Positions 28,743 to 39,196 are shown, numbered from the stretch's first letter. The stretch: 64,000 bases of DNA from Escherichia coli (GCF_013315695.1 NZ_CP054353.1); one strand, 5' to 3'. Numbers and translations are program-made. The notes: a model not told the origin generated them from the sequence alone.

Positions 28743-29801
28743 ATGAAGAAGAATACCCGCTTTGCTTTTAACGCTTACCTGCAGCAGCTGGCGCGTCTGA
28801 ACGGTGTGGCAGTTGAAGAACTGTCCAGCAAGTTCACTGTGGAGCCCTCTGTGCAGCAGACGCTGGAAGACCAGATCCAGCAGTCCGCCGCTTTCCTGAC
28901 GCTGATTAACGTCACGCCAGTGACTGAGCAGTCCGGTCAGCTGCTGGGGCTGGGAGTTGGCAGCACCATTGCCGGAACCACTGACACCACCGCGAAAGAG
29001 CGTGAACCTGTCGATCCGACGCTGATGGTCGATGTGGAATATAAATGCGAGCAGACCAACTTTGACACGGTGCTGACCTACGCGAAGCTGGACCTGTGGG
29101 CGAAGTTTCAGGATTTCCAGGTGCGCATCCGTGACGCCATCGTGAAACGTCAGGCTCTGGACCGCATCATGATCGGCTTTAACGGCGTGAAGCGTGCGAA
29201 AACCTCCAACCGTAGCGAAAACCCGCTGCTGCAGGATGTGAACAAAGGCTGGCTGCAGAAAATCCGTGAAGATGCACCGGATCACGTCATGGGCAGCACC
29301 ACCACGGGCGGTGAAACCACACCGGGTGCGGTGAAAGTCGGGAAAGGTGGCGAATATGCCAACCTGGACGCCGTGGTGATGGATGCCGTCAATGAGCTTA
29401 TCGATGTGGTCTACCAGGACGATGACGATCTGGTGGTGATTTGCGGTCGTGAACTGCTGTCTGACAAGTATTTCCCGCTGGTCAACAAAGAGCAGGAAAA
29501 CAGTGAAAAACTGGCTGCCGATATGATCATCAGTCAGAAACGCATGGGTGGCCTGCAGGCCGTGCGTGCGCCGTTCTTCCCGCCGAATGCACTGCTGATC
29601 ACCCGTCTGGATAACCTGTCCATCTACTGGCAGGAAGACACCCGCCGCCGCTCAGTTATCGACAACCCGAAACGTGACCGGATTGAAAACTTTGAATCCG
29701 TTAACGAAGCCTATGTGGTTGAGGACTACCGCTGCGCCGCACTGGTGGAAAACATCCAGATTGGCGACTTCAGCGCCGCAGCAGCAGAAACCGGAGCGTA
29801 A
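28743..29801 (+). CDS. Major capsid protein (P2 N-like), 352 aa
   Basis: Size and position after the scaffold gene. Confidence 0.9.
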   Translation: MKKNTRFAFNAYLQQLARLNGVAVEELSSKFTVEPSVQQTLEDQIQQSAAFLTLINVTPVTEQSGQLLGLGVGSTIAGTTDTTAKEREPVDPTLMVDVEYKCEQTNFDTVLTYAKLDLWAKFQDFQVRIRDAIVKRQALDRIMIGFNGVKRAKTSNRSENPLLQDVNKGWLQKIREDAPDHVMGSTTTGGETTPGAVKVGKGGEYANLDAVVMDAVNELIDVVYQDDDDLVVICGRELLSDKYFPLVNKEQENSEKLAADMIISQKRMGGLQAVRAPFFPPNALLITRLDNLSIYWQEDTRRRSVIDNPKRDRIENFESVNEAYVVEDYRCAALVENIQIGDFSAAAAETGA

Positions 29802-29804
29802 TTC

Positions 29805-30455
29805 ATGAGCCTGAGTCCCGCACGGCAGCATCGCCTGCGCGTTCAGGCTGAACAGGCCGCCCGCGAGGGCGGTAGCGTTCGCCACGCGTCGGGCTATGAC
29901 CTGATGCTGCTGCAACTGGCGGAAGACCGCCGCCGTCTCAAGGGCGTTCAGTCCACGGTCAAAAAAGCGGAAATCAAGGTGGAGCTGCTGCCGAAGTACG
30001 CCGCCTGGGCGGAGGGTGTCCTGGCTGCCGGAGGCGCTCAACAGGATGACGTGCTGATGTACGTGATGCTGTGGCGCATTGATGCCGGAGATTATGCCGG
30101 GGCGCTGGATATCGGGCGTCACGCCCTGCGTCATGGCTGGGTGATGCCGTTAGGTAACCGCAACGTGCAGACCGTGCTGGCAGAGGAAATGGCAGATGCA
30201 GCCCAGAGCGCAATGCTTGCCGCCACCGGCTTTGATGCCGATCTGTTGCTGCAGACCCTGGAGCTGACAGACGGTATGGATATGCCGGACCAGTCACGGG
30301 CGCGTCTGCATAAAGCGATTGGCGCTGTCCTGAGTGAAAGAAATCCGGCGTCTGCCCTTAATCATCTCAACCATGCGTTACAGCTCGATCCCCGCTGTGG
30401 CGTGAAAAAAGACAAACAGCAGCTGGAGCGCAGACTGCGCAATGACAGCCGCTGA
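29805..30455 (+). CDS. Terminase small (endonuclease) subunit (P2 M-like), 216 aa
   Basis: Position after the capsid gene. Confidence 0.8.
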   Translation: MSLSPARQHRLRVQAEQAAREGGSVRHASGYDLMLLQLAEDRRRLKGVQSTVKKAEIKVELLPKYAAWAEGVLAAGGAQQDDVLMYVMLWRIDAGDYAGALDIGRHALRHGWVMPLGNRNVQTVLAEEMADAAQSAMLAATGFDADLLLQTLELTDGMDMPDQSRARLHKAIGAVLSERNPASALNHLNHALQLDPRCGVKKDKQQLERRLRNDSR

Positions 30456-30550
30456 CAGAACGTGCCCCCGCGCACGGGCGGCACGGGGTGGCGAAAGGCA
30501 CTGCCACATCAAAACCCCGTCCACCGCCCTCTATTTCAGGAGAAAGCAGC

Positions 30551-31015
30551 ATGAAGTTTGTTGCGCCAGAACAGGCACCGGAACAGGCGGAAATCATCAG
30601 GAATACGCCGTTCTGGCCTGATGTGGACCTGTTGGAGTTTCGCAGTGTGATGCGCACTGACGGCACGGTGACGCAGCCGCGTTTAAAACAGGTTGCCCTG
30701 TCGGCAATTTCGGAGGTCAACGCAGAGCTGTATGAGTTTCGCAGACGCCAGCAGATGCTGGGGTATGCCTCGCTGGCAGAAGTCCCGGCGGAACAACTGG
30801 GCGGCAAAAGCGAGCGCATTCAGCACTATTTCAACGCGGTTTACTGCTGGGCACGCGCCATGCTCAACGAACGTTACCAGGACTATGACGCCACGGCATC
30901 CGGTGCGAAGCGAGGCGAGGAACTGGCGGAAGCAAGCGGTGATTTATGGCGTGACGCCCGCTGGGCCATCAGCCGGGTGCAGGATGCGCCGCACTGCACA
31001 GTGGAGCTTATCTGA
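30551..31015 (+). CDS. Head completion/stabilisation protein (P2 L-like), 154 aa
   Basis: ATG at 30551 with aggagaaag RBS; stop overlaps the X start. Confidence 0.8.
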   Translation: MKFVAPEQAPEQAEIIRNTPFWPDVDLLEFRSVMRTDGTVTQPRLKQVALSAISEVNAELYEFRRRQQMLGYASLAEVPAEQLGGKSERIQHYFNAVYCWARAMLNERYQDYDATASGAKRGEELAEASGDLWRDARWAISRVQDAPHCTVELI

Positions 31016-31218
31016 TGAAAGTGCGTGCGCATCAGTATGACACGGTGGACGCACTTTGCTGGCGTCATTACGGGCGCACGCAGGGTGTCACGGAGCAGGT
31101 ACTGAAGGCAAATCCGGGGCTTGCCGAATACGGCCCCTTTTTACCTCACGGGCTGCAGGTGGAGCTGCCGGACATTCCGACAACCACCACCGTGCAGACC
31201 GTCCAGCTATGGGACTGA
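31015..31218 (+). CDS. Tail protein X (67 aa)
   Basis: Length equals P2 X; position. Confidence 0.75.
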   Translation: MKVRAHQYDTVDALCWRHYGRTQGVTEQVLKANPGLAEYGPFLPHGLQVELPDIPTTTTVQTVQLWD

Positions 31219-31221
31219 ATT

Positions 31222-31437
31222 ATGACGCTTGAGCGAATCAGCGCCTTTATCACGTATTGCATCGCCGTCGTGCTGGCCTGGCTGGGCGATTTGTCCATCA
31301 AGGATGCCTCAACGCTGGGCGGCCTGATGATCGGTGTGCTGATGCTGGCTATCAACTGGTACTACAAACACAAAGCCTACCAGCTTCTGCGCGACGGGCA
31401 GATCTCGCGGGAGGACTATGAATCCATCAATCGTTAA
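31222..31437 (+). CDS. Holin (71 aa, two hydrophobic helices)
   Basis: Small membrane protein immediately upstream of the endolysin. Confidence 0.6.
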   Translation: MTLERISAFITYCIAVVLAWLGDLSIKDASTLGGLMIGVLMLAINWYYKHKAYQLLRDGQISREDYESINR

Positions 31438-31930
31438 ACGCTGCCTTGTCGGGGCCGTGCTGGCTATTGCTGCCACGCTGCCGGGGTTTCAGCAGCTTCA
31501 CACCTCCGAGGAGGGACTGAAACTGATCGCCGATTATGAAGGCTGTCGTCTGCAGCCGTATCAGTGCAGCGCGGGTGTCTGGACCGACGGCATTGGTAAT
31601 ACGTCGGGCGTCATTCCCGGCAAAATTATTACGGAACGACAGGCAGCTGAAGGGCTGATCTCCAACGTGCTACGAGTGGAGCGGGCGCTGGAAAGGTGTG
31701 TGAAGCAACAGCCGCCGCAGAAGGTGTATGACGCTACGGTGTCGTTTGCCTTCAACGTGGGGACGGGCAATGCCTGTAGTTCCACGCTGGTGAAATTGCT
31801 CAATCAGCGGCGCTGGGCGGATGCATGCCGACAGTTGCCGCGCTGGGTTTATGTGAAAGGTGTTTTTAATCAGGGGCTGGATAACCGCCGTGGGCGGGAG
31901 ATGGCCTGGTGTTTACAGGGAGCAAACTGA
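31418..31930 (+). CDS. Endolysin (lysozyme-like, with N-terminal signal-anchor), 170 aa
   Basis: Hydrophobic N-terminus then lysozyme-type region (...EGLKLIADYEGCRLQPYQC...WTDGIGNT...). Confidence 0.85.
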   Translation: MNPSIVKRCLVGAVLAIAATLPGFQQLHTSEEGLKLIADYEGCRLQPYQCSAGVWTDGIGNTSGVIPGKIITERQAAEGLISNVLRVERALERCVKQQPPQKVYDATVSFAFNVGTGNACSSTLVKLLNQRRWADACRQLPRWVYVKGVFNQGLDNRRGREMAWCLQGAN

Positions 31931-31931
31931 A

Positions 31932-32309
31932 ATGAAAAAGAAATTAATCAGCGGACTGTTTCTGATGTTATGGATGGCGCTGTTAATCGCAGCAATGGTG
32001 TATCCGCAGGGGATTTTTCCGGTACTGGCAGCGTCCGGCGTTTGGGTAGCCTGTTTGCTGACATGGGCGGTAATTCCGGTAGCACTGGCTGCGTTAATTA
32101 AGAATGGCCCGCTCTGGCAGGAGTTAAGGGCATCTTTGCTGAAGACAATTACCCGAAAAGAAAACGTATTTACCAGTTGGGTGATGCGATTGCTGATTGT
32201 TGTAAGTCTCGCCTGGACGGGGTGGGCTATTACCCTGGTCTTTTATCTACTGACCGTTATTGCCTTCTGGATCACCCGTAATCAGATGGCGCAACAGGTA
32301 GCAGCATGA
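31932..32309 (+). CDS. LysA-like lysis timing membrane protein (125 aa)
   Basis: Multi-TM small protein after the endolysin. Confidence 0.6.
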   Translation: MKKKLISGLFLMLWMALLIAAMVYPQGIFPVLAASGVWVACLLTWAVIPVALAALIKNGPLWQELRASLLKTITRKENVFTSWVMRLLIVVSLAWTGWAITLVFYLLTVIAFWITRNQMAQQVAA

Positions 32310-32734
32310 ACCGGTTGCTGCTGGTTGTGCTGACGTTATTACTGGCGGCGCTGGGCTGGCAGACGTGGCGGCTGGCTGATGCCAGCCAGACCATCAGCAC
32401 GCAGGCAGACGAGCTGCAGAGCAAAAGCCAGGCACTGGCAAAGAGCAATAGCCAGCTTATCAGCCTGTCCATTCTGACTGAAACCAATAACCGGGAGCAG
32501 GCGCGGCTCTATGCCGAAGCAGAACAGACCAGCACGCTGCTGAGACAACGACAACACCGGATCGAGGAACTGAAACGTGAGAACGAGGATTTACGCCGCT
32601 GGGCTGATACTCCTTTGCCTGCTGACATTATCCGGCTGCGGAAACGTCCGGCACTCACCGGAGGTATGGCTTACCGTCAGTGGTTGTCCGCGAGTGACGC
32701 CGTGTCGGCTGGATCAGGCAACGCCGCGCACTAA
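32306..32734 (+). CDS. LysB-like i-spanin (142 aa)
   Basis: N-terminal TM anchor plus coiled-coil-like periplasmic part. Confidence 0.7.
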   Translation: MNRLLLVVLTLLLAALGWQTWRLADASQTISTQADELQSKSQALAKSNSQLISLSILTETNNREQARLYAEAEQTSTLLRQRQHRIEELKRENEDLRRWADTPLPADIIRLRKRPALTGGMAYRQWLSASDAVSAGSGNAAH

Positions 32735-32867
32735 CGGTGATCTGAACGCGTTGCTGGATGAAACGGAGGCCGCCTGGGCGGTCTGTGCAGACAAAGTGGA
32801 CATGATTATTGCGTGTCAGGAGCGAAACAGTGAACAAACCACAATCCCTGCGCCACGCCCTCAATAA
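32577..32867 (+). CDS. LysC-like o-spanin lipoprotein (96 aa, GTG start), overlapping lysB in another frame
   Basis: Signal peptide with lipobox LTLSGC; embedded/overlapping arrangement typical of Rz/Rz1. Confidence 0.5.
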   Translation: MRTRIYAAGLILLCLLTLSGCGNVRHSPEVWLTVSGCPRVTPCRLDQATPRTNGDLNALLDETEAAWAVCADKVDMIIACQERNSEQTTIPAPRPQ

Positions 32868-33261
32868 AGCGGTGCCTTATGTCCGCAATAACCCGGACAA
32901 ACTGCATCTGTTTGTGGATAACGGTTCGCTGGTTGCCACGGGGGCCAGCTCCATGTCGTGGGAGTACCGTTACACACTGAACGCGGTGATTGAGGATTTC
33001 AGCGGCGACCAGAATCTGCTGATGGCCCCGGTTTTGCTGTGGCTGAGGGATAACCAGCCCGATGCCATCAATAACCCGGCGTTACGGGAAAAGCTATTCA
33101 CCTTTGAGGTGGATATTCTGCGCAACGATGTCTGTGATATCAGCCTGAACCTGCAACTGACGGAACGTGTGCTGGTCAGCACTGACGGCAGTGTGTCGAG
33201 CGTTGAAGCTATAGCGGAACCTGATGCACCTGAAGAAATGTGGACGGTGAAACGTGGCTGA
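32809..33261 (+). CDS. Tail completion protein R (150 aa)
   Basis: Position and size as P2 R (alternative GTG start at 32830). Confidence 0.8.
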   Translation: MRVRSETVNKPQSLRHALNKAVPYVRNNPDKLHLFVDNGSLVATGASSMSWEYRYTLNAVIEDFSGDQNLLMAPVLLWLRDNQPDAINNPALREKLFTFEVDILRNDVCDISLNLQLTERVLVSTDGSVSSVEAIAEPDAPEEMWTVKRG

Positions 33262-33700
33262 ACTGCAGAAGGTGGACGACTGGCTGAGTGCCTTGCTGGC
33301 GAATCTGGAACCAGCCTCGAGAAGCCGCATGATGCGCCAGCTGGCGCAGGAACTTCGCCGGACACAGCAGCAGAATATCAGGATGCAGCGCAACCCTGAC
33401 GGCAGCAGCTATGAACCGCGACGGGTAACAGCACGCAGTAAAAAAGGCCGTATCAAACGTCAGATGTTTGCAAAGCTGCGCACCACAAAATACCTGAAAA
33501 CTGCCGCCAGCACCGACTCTGCCAGCGTGCAGTTTGAAGGCAAGGTGCAGCGCATTGCCCGCGTTCACCATTACGGCCTGCGAGATCGCGTCAGTCGTAA
33601 GGGACCGGAGGTGCGTTACGCAGAGCGTCGCCTTCTGGGTGTAAATGATGATGTTGAGGCAATGACCCGCGACATGATTCTGCAATGGCTGGCGGGGTGA
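33254..33700 (+). CDS. Tail completion protein S (148 aa)
   Basis: Position and size as P2 S. Confidence 0.8.
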   Translation: MAELQKVDDWLSALLANLEPASRSRMMRQLAQELRRTQQQNIRMQRNPDGSSYEPRRVTARSKKGRIKRQMFAKLRTTKYLKTAASTDSASVQFEGKVQRIARVHHYGLRDRVSRKGPEVRYAERRLLGVNDDVEAMTRDMILQWLAG

Positions 33701-33768
33701 TCTTTGTATCAGCACTGATACAAGTTGCAGCACTGCCGCCTTTCTTCCCCTGATGGCAACCTTTCCCT

Positions 33769-34347
33769 ATGAACGCACAATTAACCGAAATCATGCGCCT
33801 TATCACCAACCTAATCCGCACAGGGGTAGTCACCGAAGTGGACAGGGAAAACTGGCTTTGCCGGGTGAAAACGGGCGAGCTTGAAACCAACTGGATCAGC
33901 TGGCTGACGCTGCGTGCCGGGAATGCCCGTACATGGTGGCGACCATCGGAAGGTGAGCAGGTGGTGCTGCTGAGTCTGGGCGGCAATCTGGACACCGCCT
34001 TTGCGCTGCCCGCTGTCTATTCGAATCAGTTCGCACCACCGTCGACGTCGGCGGACGCCTGCGTGACAGAACATCCTGACGGTGGCTGGTTTGAATACGA
34101 ACCCGCCACCGGGCGCTGGTATGTCAGGGGCATCAAATCAATGGTCATTGAGGCTGCTGACAACATCACCATGAAAACCAGTGAGTTTGTACTGGAGGCT
34201 GACCGCACACGCATTAACAGCGAAGTGGTGATCAATGGTGGCGTTACCCAGGGCGGCGGAGCGATGAGTTCTAACGGGATCGTGGTTGATGCGCATCAGC
34301 ATACTGGCGTCCTGAAAGGCGGCGATACAACCGGAGGCCCGGTATGA
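33769..34347 (+). CDS. Baseplate spike protein V (192 aa)
   Basis: Position and size as P2 V. Confidence 0.85.
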   Translation: MNAQLTEIMRLITNLIRTGVVTEVDRENWLCRVKTGELETNWISWLTLRAGNARTWWRPSEGEQVVLLSLGGNLDTAFALPAVYSNQFAPPSTSADACVTEHPDGGWFEYEPATGRWYVRGIKSMVIEAADNITMKTSEFVLEADRTRINSEVVINGGVTQGGGAMSSNGIVVDAHQHTGVLKGGDTTGGPV

Positions 34348-34703
34348 CGCTTTATAGCGGGATGAACAATACCAGCGGCAAAGTCATTACTGATATTGAT
34401 CATCTGCGCCAGTCGGTGCGGGACATTCTGCTGACACCGCAGGGTAGCCGTATTGCCCGCCGGGAATATGGTTCCCTGCTGTCGGCACTGATAGATCAGC
34501 CACAAAATCCGGCATTACGCCTGCAGGTCATGTCGGCAGTGTATGTGGCGCTGAGTCGCTGGGAGCCACGGTTGACGCTGGATTCCATCACCATCAACAG
34601 CAATTTTGACGGTTCAATGGTGGTGGAGCTGACCGGGCGGCGGAATAACGGTGTGCCTGTGTCCCTTTCCGTATCAACAGGAGCAGAGAATGGCAGTGAT
34701 TGA
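34344..34703 (+). CDS. Baseplate protein W (119 aa)
   Basis: Position and size as P2 W. Confidence 0.85.
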   Translation: MTLYSGMNNTSGKVITDIDHLRQSVRDILLTPQGSRIARREYGSLLSALIDQPQNPALRLQVMSAVYVALSRWEPRLTLDSITINSNFDGSMVVELTGRRNNGVPVSLSVSTGAENGSD

Positions 34704-35598
34704 CCTTTCGCAGTTGCCTGCACCGCAGATTGTGGATGTGCCGGACTTTGAGACGCTGCTTGCCGAACGCAAGGCAGAATTTGTGGCGCTTCATCCGAAA
34801 GATGAACAGGAAGCAGTGATCCGCACGCTGGAACTGGAATCTGAACCCGCCACTAAATTGTTGCAGGAGAACGCTTACCGTGAGTTGCTTCTGCGCCAGC
34901 GCATTAACGAAGCCGCGCAGGCGGTGATGGTGGCTTACGCGATGGGCGGCGATCTTGACCAGCTCGCTGCCAACTACAACGTGACACGCCTGACGGTGAC
35001 GCCTGCTGATAATGATGCTGTGCCGCCCGTTGCAGCTGTGATGGAAAGCGATGAAGCGTTGCGCCTGCGTGTGCCTGCAGCCTTTGAAGGGCTTTCTGTT
35101 GCGGGGCCAACTGCAGCTTATGAATTTCATGCCCGAAGCGCCGACGGTCGGGTGGCGGATGCCAGTGCAACCAGCACGGCACCTGCAGAGGTGGTGCTGA
35201 CTGTCCTTAGCCGCGAAGGCGATGGAACTGCAGAAAAAGACCTGCTGGACGTGGTGGAAAAAGCTCTGAACAGTGAGAACGTCCGCCCGGTGGCTGACCG
35301 TCTTACGGTTCGCAGCGCAGAAATCATCCCGTATCGCGTGGAAGCCACCATTTTTCTCTATCCGGGACCGGAAGCAGAGCCGGTAATGGCAGCGGCAAAA
35401 GCCAGTCTGCAGAAGTACATTGCCAGCCAGACGCGTCTTGGTCGGGATATTCGCCGTAGCGCCATCTTTGCTGCTCTGCATGTTGAGGGTGTTCAACGTG
35501 TGGAACTGGCTTCTCCGCTGGCGGATGTGGTCCTGAACAAAACACAGGCGGCATCATGTACGCAGTGGAGCGTAACCAACGGAGGAACGGATGAATAG
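34690..35598 (+). CDS. Baseplate protein J (302 aa)
   Basis: ATG at 34690 overlapping the W stop; size as P2 J. Confidence 0.85.
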   Translation: MAVIDLSQLPAPQIVDVPDFETLLAERKAEFVALHPKDEQEAVIRTLELESEPATKLLQENAYRELLLRQRINEAAQAVMVAYAMGGDLDQLAANYNVTRLTVTPADNDAVPPVAAVMESDEALRLRVPAAFEGLSVAGPTAAYEFHARSADGRVADASATSTAPAEVVLTVLSREGDGTAEKDLLDVVEKALNSENVRPVADRLTVRSAEIIPYRVEATIFLYPGPEAEPVMAAAKASLQKYIASQTRLGRDIRRSAIFAALHVEGVQRVELASPLADVVLNKTQAASCTQWSVTNGGTDE

Positions 35599-36196
35599 TC
35601 TGCTGCCACCGGGTTCAACTTCACTGGAGCGCCGACTGGCGCAAACCTGTAGCGGGATTTCTGATTTGCAGGTGCCGCTGCGTGACTTGTGGAATCCGGC
35701 TACCTGTCCGGTCAGCTTCCTGCCTTATCTCGCCTGGGCGTTCTCTGTGGATCGCTGGGACGAGGGCTGGACAGAAAGCGTCAAACGCCAGGTAGTGAAG
35801 GATGCTTTTTATATTCATCAGCATAAAGGAACCACCAGTGCCGTACGGCGAGTGGTGGAACCGTTCGGATTCCTGATCCGCATTATTGAGTGGTGGCAGA
35901 CCGGAGAAACACCGGGCACGTTTCGCCTGGATATCGGCGTGCAGGACCAGGGCATCACTGAAGATACCTATCTGGAACTTGAGCGACTGATAAGCGATGC
36001 CAAACCATGTAGCCGCCACATGATCGGCATGTCCATCAATCTGCAGACCAGCGGCCCGCATTGGGTGGGAGCCGCCAGCTATCTTGGCGAAGAAATCACG
36101 ATCTATCCGTATATCAACGAAACGATTATTTCCGGTGGCACCGCGCATGAAGGCGGGGCGGTCCATGTTATTGACACAATGAGAGTGAATCCATGA
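35591..36196 (+). CDS. Baseplate protein I (201 aa)
   Basis: Position after J. Confidence 0.8.
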   Translation: MNSLLPPGSTSLERRLAQTCSGISDLQVPLRDLWNPATCPVSFLPYLAWAFSVDRWDEGWTESVKRQVVKDAFYIHQHKGTTSAVRRVVEPFGFLIRIIEWWQTGETPGTFRLDIGVQDQGITEDTYLELERLISDAKPCSRHMIGMSINLQTSGPHWVGAASYLGEEITIYPYINETIISGGTAHEGGAVHVIDTMRVNP

Positions 36197-37314
36197 GCAC
36201 AAAATTTTATACCCTGCTGACGGATATTGGCGCGGCGAAACTTGCCAGCGCCGCCGCGCTCGGTGTGCCGCTAAAAATTACCCATATGGCGGTGGGCGAT
36301 GGCGGTGGAGTATTGCCAACGCCGGACGCAAAGCAGACGGCACTGGTAAATGAGAAACGCCGGGCTGCGCTGAATATGCTTTATATCGACCCGCAGAACA
36401 GCAGCCAGATTATTGCCGAACAGGTGATCCCTGAAAACGAGGGCGGTTGGTGGATACGTGAAGTGGGCTTGTTTGATGAGTCCGGGGCATTGATTGCCGT
36501 GGGCAACTGCCCGGAAAGCTATAAGCCGCAACTGGCTGAAGGTAGCGGGCGCACTCAGACCGTGCGCATGGTGCTGATTACCAGCAGCACGGACAATATC
36601 ACCCTGAAAATCGACCCTGCTGTAGTGCTGGCAACCCGCAAGTATGTGGATGACAAGGCACTGGAGCTGAAGGTGTACGCAGATGATCAGATGGCAAAAC
36701 ATCTTGCCGCACCGGACCCGCATTCACAGTACGCGCCAAAAGCCAGCCCGACATTTACCGGAACCCCCAAAGCGCCAACGCCAGCGGCGGGGAATAATAC
36801 CACGCAGGTTGCGACCACTGCGTTTGTACAGGCGGCACTGACGGCCCTTATTAATGGTGCGCCAGCCACGCTGGACACGCTGAAAGAAATAGCCGCAGCC
36901 ATTAACAATGATCCGAATTTCAGTACCACCATTAACAATGCGCTGGCACTAAAAGCGCCACTGTCGAGTCCGGCACTCACCGGAACGCCAACAGCACCTA
37001 CTGCGGCACAGTCGGTCAACAATACACAGATTGCCACTACAGCTTTTGTGAAATCAGCGATTGCAGCAATGGTGGGTTCTGCACCCGCGGCACTGGATAC
37101 ACTGAACGAACTGGCGGCGGCACTGGGGAATGATCCGAACTTTGCCACGACAATGCTTAATGCGCTGGCAGGTAAACAACCGCTGGACAATACGCTGACT
37201 AATTTGAGTGGAAAGGATGTAGCTGGTCTTCTCGCATACCTTGGTTTGGGAGAAGGCGGCAAAACTGGGTGTGCCTGTTCCAGGGGCCTTCAGATACCGG
37301 ACAACAGGCTTTGA
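36193..37314 (+). CDS. Tail fibre protein H, constant N-terminal part; ORF terminates 20 codons past the inversion crossover site
   Basis: Conserved tail-fibre N-terminus (MSTKFYT...LKITHMAVGDGGG); only 373 aa versus ~670 aa for P2 H. Confidence 0.75.
   Translation: MSTKFYTLLTDIGAAKLASAAALGVPLKITHMAVGDGGGVLPTPDAKQTALVNEKRRAALNMLYIDPQNSSQIIAEQVIPENEGGWWIREVGLFDESGALIAVGNCPESYKPQLAEGSGRTQTVRMVLITSSTDNITLKIDPAVVLATRKYVDDKALELKVYADDQMAKHLAAPDPHSQYAPKASPTFTGTPKAPTPAAGNNTTQVATTAFVQAALTALINGAPATLDTLKEIAAAINNDPNFSTTINNALALKAPLSSPALTGTPTAPTAAQSVNNTQIATTAFVKSAIAAMVGSAPAALDTLNELAAALGNDPNFATTMLNALAGKQPLDNTLTNLSGKDVAGLLAYLGLGEGGKTGCACSRGLQIPDNRL
37229..37254. other. Left inversion crossover site (gix/hix-like)
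   Basis: ttctcgcataccttggtttgggagaa; its reverse complement matches 39115-39140 and the hix/gix core AAACCAAGGT. Confidence 0.6.
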
Positions 37315-39114
37315 AATGCAAGTGGTGATGGATGGATGAAATTACCCGGAACTGGAAAATCCTGCAAAATGGTCGTGGTGATTTACGCCGAGTTTATCGA
37401 CGCTGGGATGAGAATTACATTGATTAGGCATCGTGTTTTATTGAGTAAGGCCGGACTGCGGAAAAGCACCGTCATCCTGGTGATGGCGGTGCGACTTCAA
37501 AAGCGCTGGGGGAACTGGCGATGATCTTCAGAAGGCCCAACGTTAACAGGGGGCTTTATGCCGCTGCTTACAGAACGTCATCCAACCAGCGACACGGTAT
37601 CGATGAACGACAGTTGGTGGGCTGTTGGCGGGAGTAATTTTATCCAGGGTGATTTATATTGAACGAATATGTTTATAGCTGCAATGGATAACGCCGTATT
37701 TTCCCGAGGATACCACGATTGCGGGGAATATATAAATCATAGGGATGGGATTGGTGAGACGCGGGAATATATTTCTGCATCAACTCAAAATATTTGCAGT
37801 GGGAGTTTCGGTATTGAACCGCCACAAGGACGCTCCGGTACATCTAAGGCTGGAGATGATTTGCTGTTCTGCGTGGAGAAAATCATGGGAATATGTGTCA
37901 GAAGAACTTATTGAAATTACTGAATCAGAAAACACCGGAAACCAAGATGCCAACGAAATACAGAACAGGCGACTATCCCGAAAATACAGCCGCTATCGGT
38001 CGCCATGAACGATAAATGAACTGGCGCAATATAATTGACAGATACTGGATTATCTGGACGGTGGAACTGGTTGATTCCTCCAGCACAGCGCCAGTCATTG
38101 ATTGATGGCAATGGCCTCCGGCAGTCTGGCCAGATGAAACATCCGGCGCGGGACTGTAAACTGTTGCCGTCACCGAAACAATGTAATCCAGCGCAGCGTT
38201 AAGTTGGTTGACGCTGGTGACGGCAACAGATACCGTCCGGCCGGATGTCATCAGTTGAACTGCCTGAGGCGCAGGCCATTTGCATCAATCTGGTGACTGG
38301 GAGGAATCAACCAGTTCAGTGCGTCCAGATAATCCAGCCACAAATTACCCATTTTCGCCAGTTCCCATTTATCAGACGACGTTAGCGGCTTTACCGGGTG
38401 GTTGTATTTTCATGATATTCGCCTGGCTTGATTTAATTAGTAGCTCTGTCTTTCTGATTCAGTTATAGACGATTTCACTTCGATGGTGGGTGGATGATTT
38501 TTAAATCCACAGAACGGCAAATTCATAACCAGCCTTACGGATTTTGAGCGTTGTGGCAGGTTCTGGAATAAACTCACTGCAAGATATTTTTGATGCAGAA
38601 ATATATTCCCGCGTCTCACCATCATAGTTATAGACGGTCAATATATCCACGCCTTCGTGGTAATGCCTTGCGCTATTTAAACACGGCGTCGTTCATTAAT
38701 GCAGCCCTGACGATAAGTTAAACCAACAGCCCACGGGTTGTAATTCGCCGATACCGATGTCGCTGGTGAATGACGTTCGGTGATGGGATCAGAATTAAAG
38801 CCGGTTAACCCCCTGGGCCTTCGTGCAGTCATCACGAATTGTCGCCCAGCGCCCATTCCTCTTTGAGCCATCACCCAGAATGAGTACAGGATGACGGTGC
38901 TTTTCCAGCATTTTGGGGAAAGGGATGCTAAAAACACGTCCTCATTGTTACCGCGATAATGTCGGCGTAACCGCGAATAACGACCGCATAAATCAGGTAA
39001 TTTATTTGTTGGATAATTGCCAGTTCCATCCATCAAAATGCCGCACCGTTGCAAAAGCCAGCCTGTCCGGTATCTGAAGGCCATGGAACAGTCACACCAT
39101 CCCGTTTTGCAGAG

Positions 39115-39140
39115 CTTCTCCCAAACCAACGTTTATGAAA
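39115..39140. other. Right inversion crossover site (gix/hix-like)
   Basis: ttctcccaaaccaacgtttatgaaaa, inverted relative to 37229-37254. Confidence 0.6.
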
Positions 39141-39196
39141 ATGCAGAGATAATGGCTAACTGGCATCATCCCCGGTTTTTATTCAGGGGGATGATC

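Larger units (their letters stand above)
37229..39140. mobile_element. Pin-type invertible tail-fibre segment (~1.9 kb), degenerate
   Basis: Flanked by inverted crossover sites next to a Pin invertase gene; interior is an imperfect palindrome with three nested inverted-repeat pairs and only fragmentary tail-fibre/assembly ORFs. Confidence 0.6.

Noticed and set aside
34594-35496. 300-aa minus-strand ORF overlapping baseplate gene J
   Set aside because: Antisense shadow ORF; plus-strand J fits the conserved P2 gene order with overlapping start/stop codons.
36687-37262. 191-aa minus-strand ORF within tail-fibre gene H
   Set aside because: Antisense shadow ORF with low-complexity Ala/Ser-rich translation.
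38677-39129. 150-aa minus-strand ORF inside the invertible segment as an intact tail-fibre or assembly gene
   Set aside because: Arg/Cys-rich composition is not tail-fibre-like and the mirrored left arm has an in-frame stop; treated as part of a degenerate segment rather than a confident gene.
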